Below, in pieces: positions 37,930 through 38,423 of a DNA stretch of 38,423 nt (position 1 is its first letter; each line of letters starts with the position of its first letter). This DNA is from a virus. Taxonomy: Duplodnaviria; Heunggongvirae; Uroviricota; Caudoviricetes. The notes beneath the pieces were generated by a model, which was not told where the DNA came from, did no database searches, and saw only the letters and a program-made list of their open reading frames with translations. Location of the stretch: the IMG/VR virus record IMGVR_UViG_2778261634_000009, positions 1-38,423 of that record. The stretch is one strand, 5' to 3'. The position numbers and the translations under genes were made by a program.

Positions 37930-38423
37930 CAAGGCGACTAAGTCTTCTTTTTTATTTGGAGATAGAAATGCCTTAATTCTTTAACTCTTCTACGCCTGTC
38001 ACGTCTTATGTCGCGTATCTGAGCGGCATCGTAGCACCATCATTCCAGCTGTCGGTATCAGGACCTGGCACCCAACCGACTGGTCACTGCACCAACCGGC
38101 GGCGCGAGCGCCATCATGGGGTACAACGGCGCGACACAACTGCCGATCCACTGGAGCATTGGCAGCGGCGAAGTGGAGGCAGACTATATAGGGGATTACT
38201 CCCCATCAATCCAGTCTGCCCACCACTGCATCATTTCTCTGCGCTTATCGTAGTTGATGCATCACTATCACACTGTAATAGCTTATTACTGGTTTGCAGA
38301 CAGGTAGGCATGCAGATACCTGCGCATGAAGACGGAACTAATCCAGATGTGATATTTGTGGTGATCACATACATCATCAACGATGCTCGTTATGGTGAGT
38401 TTGATGGCTACCCACTGAAGTGA

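Noticed and set aside
1-38423. CRISPR arrays, rRNA genes, IS elements or transposases
   Set aside because: No regularly spaced direct repeats with spacers, no rRNA-like conserved blocks, and no transposase-like ORF; the only tandem-like repeats are the ori iterons and coding heptad repeats.

Overview
This window is almost entirely a P22-like lambdoid temperate phage in prophage orientation; the integrase must lie just upstream of position 1. All calls were made by reading the sequence and the ORF track and comparing against remembered phage protein sequences; no database search, GC calculation or folding was run, and hand-derived coordinates for small features may be off by 1-2 bp. Layout, left to right: xis and a minus-strand early-left operon (Ea22-like, DUF551, Sak4-like ATPase plus SSB-like partner, kil, cIII); the immC switch (cI, OL/OR operators, cro, cII); replication genes (O with internal iterons, DnaC-like loader); nin region (ninB, ninD, ninF, Roi-like, RusA, ninH); a Q-type antiterminator; lambda-type lysis cassette (S, R, Rz/Rz1); rha; P22-type packaging and head genes (small and large terminase, portal, scaffold, coat); tail and ejection genes (4, 10, 26, 14-position, 7, 20, 16); the immI region (mnt, arc, ant); and a chimeric tailspike. 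The most interesting candidate is a stand-alone ClpP-family protease whose start codon overlaps the mnt stop, in the slot where P22 carries sieA. Other accessory loci are a divergent small-membrane-protein/PEGA-lipoprotein moron next to it, a T5orf172-domain protein inserted between cII and O, a 147-aa protein of unknown family in the position normally held by N, and an HNH homing endonuclease between tail genes 10 and 26. No tRNA, rRNA, CRISPR array or transposase was recognised.
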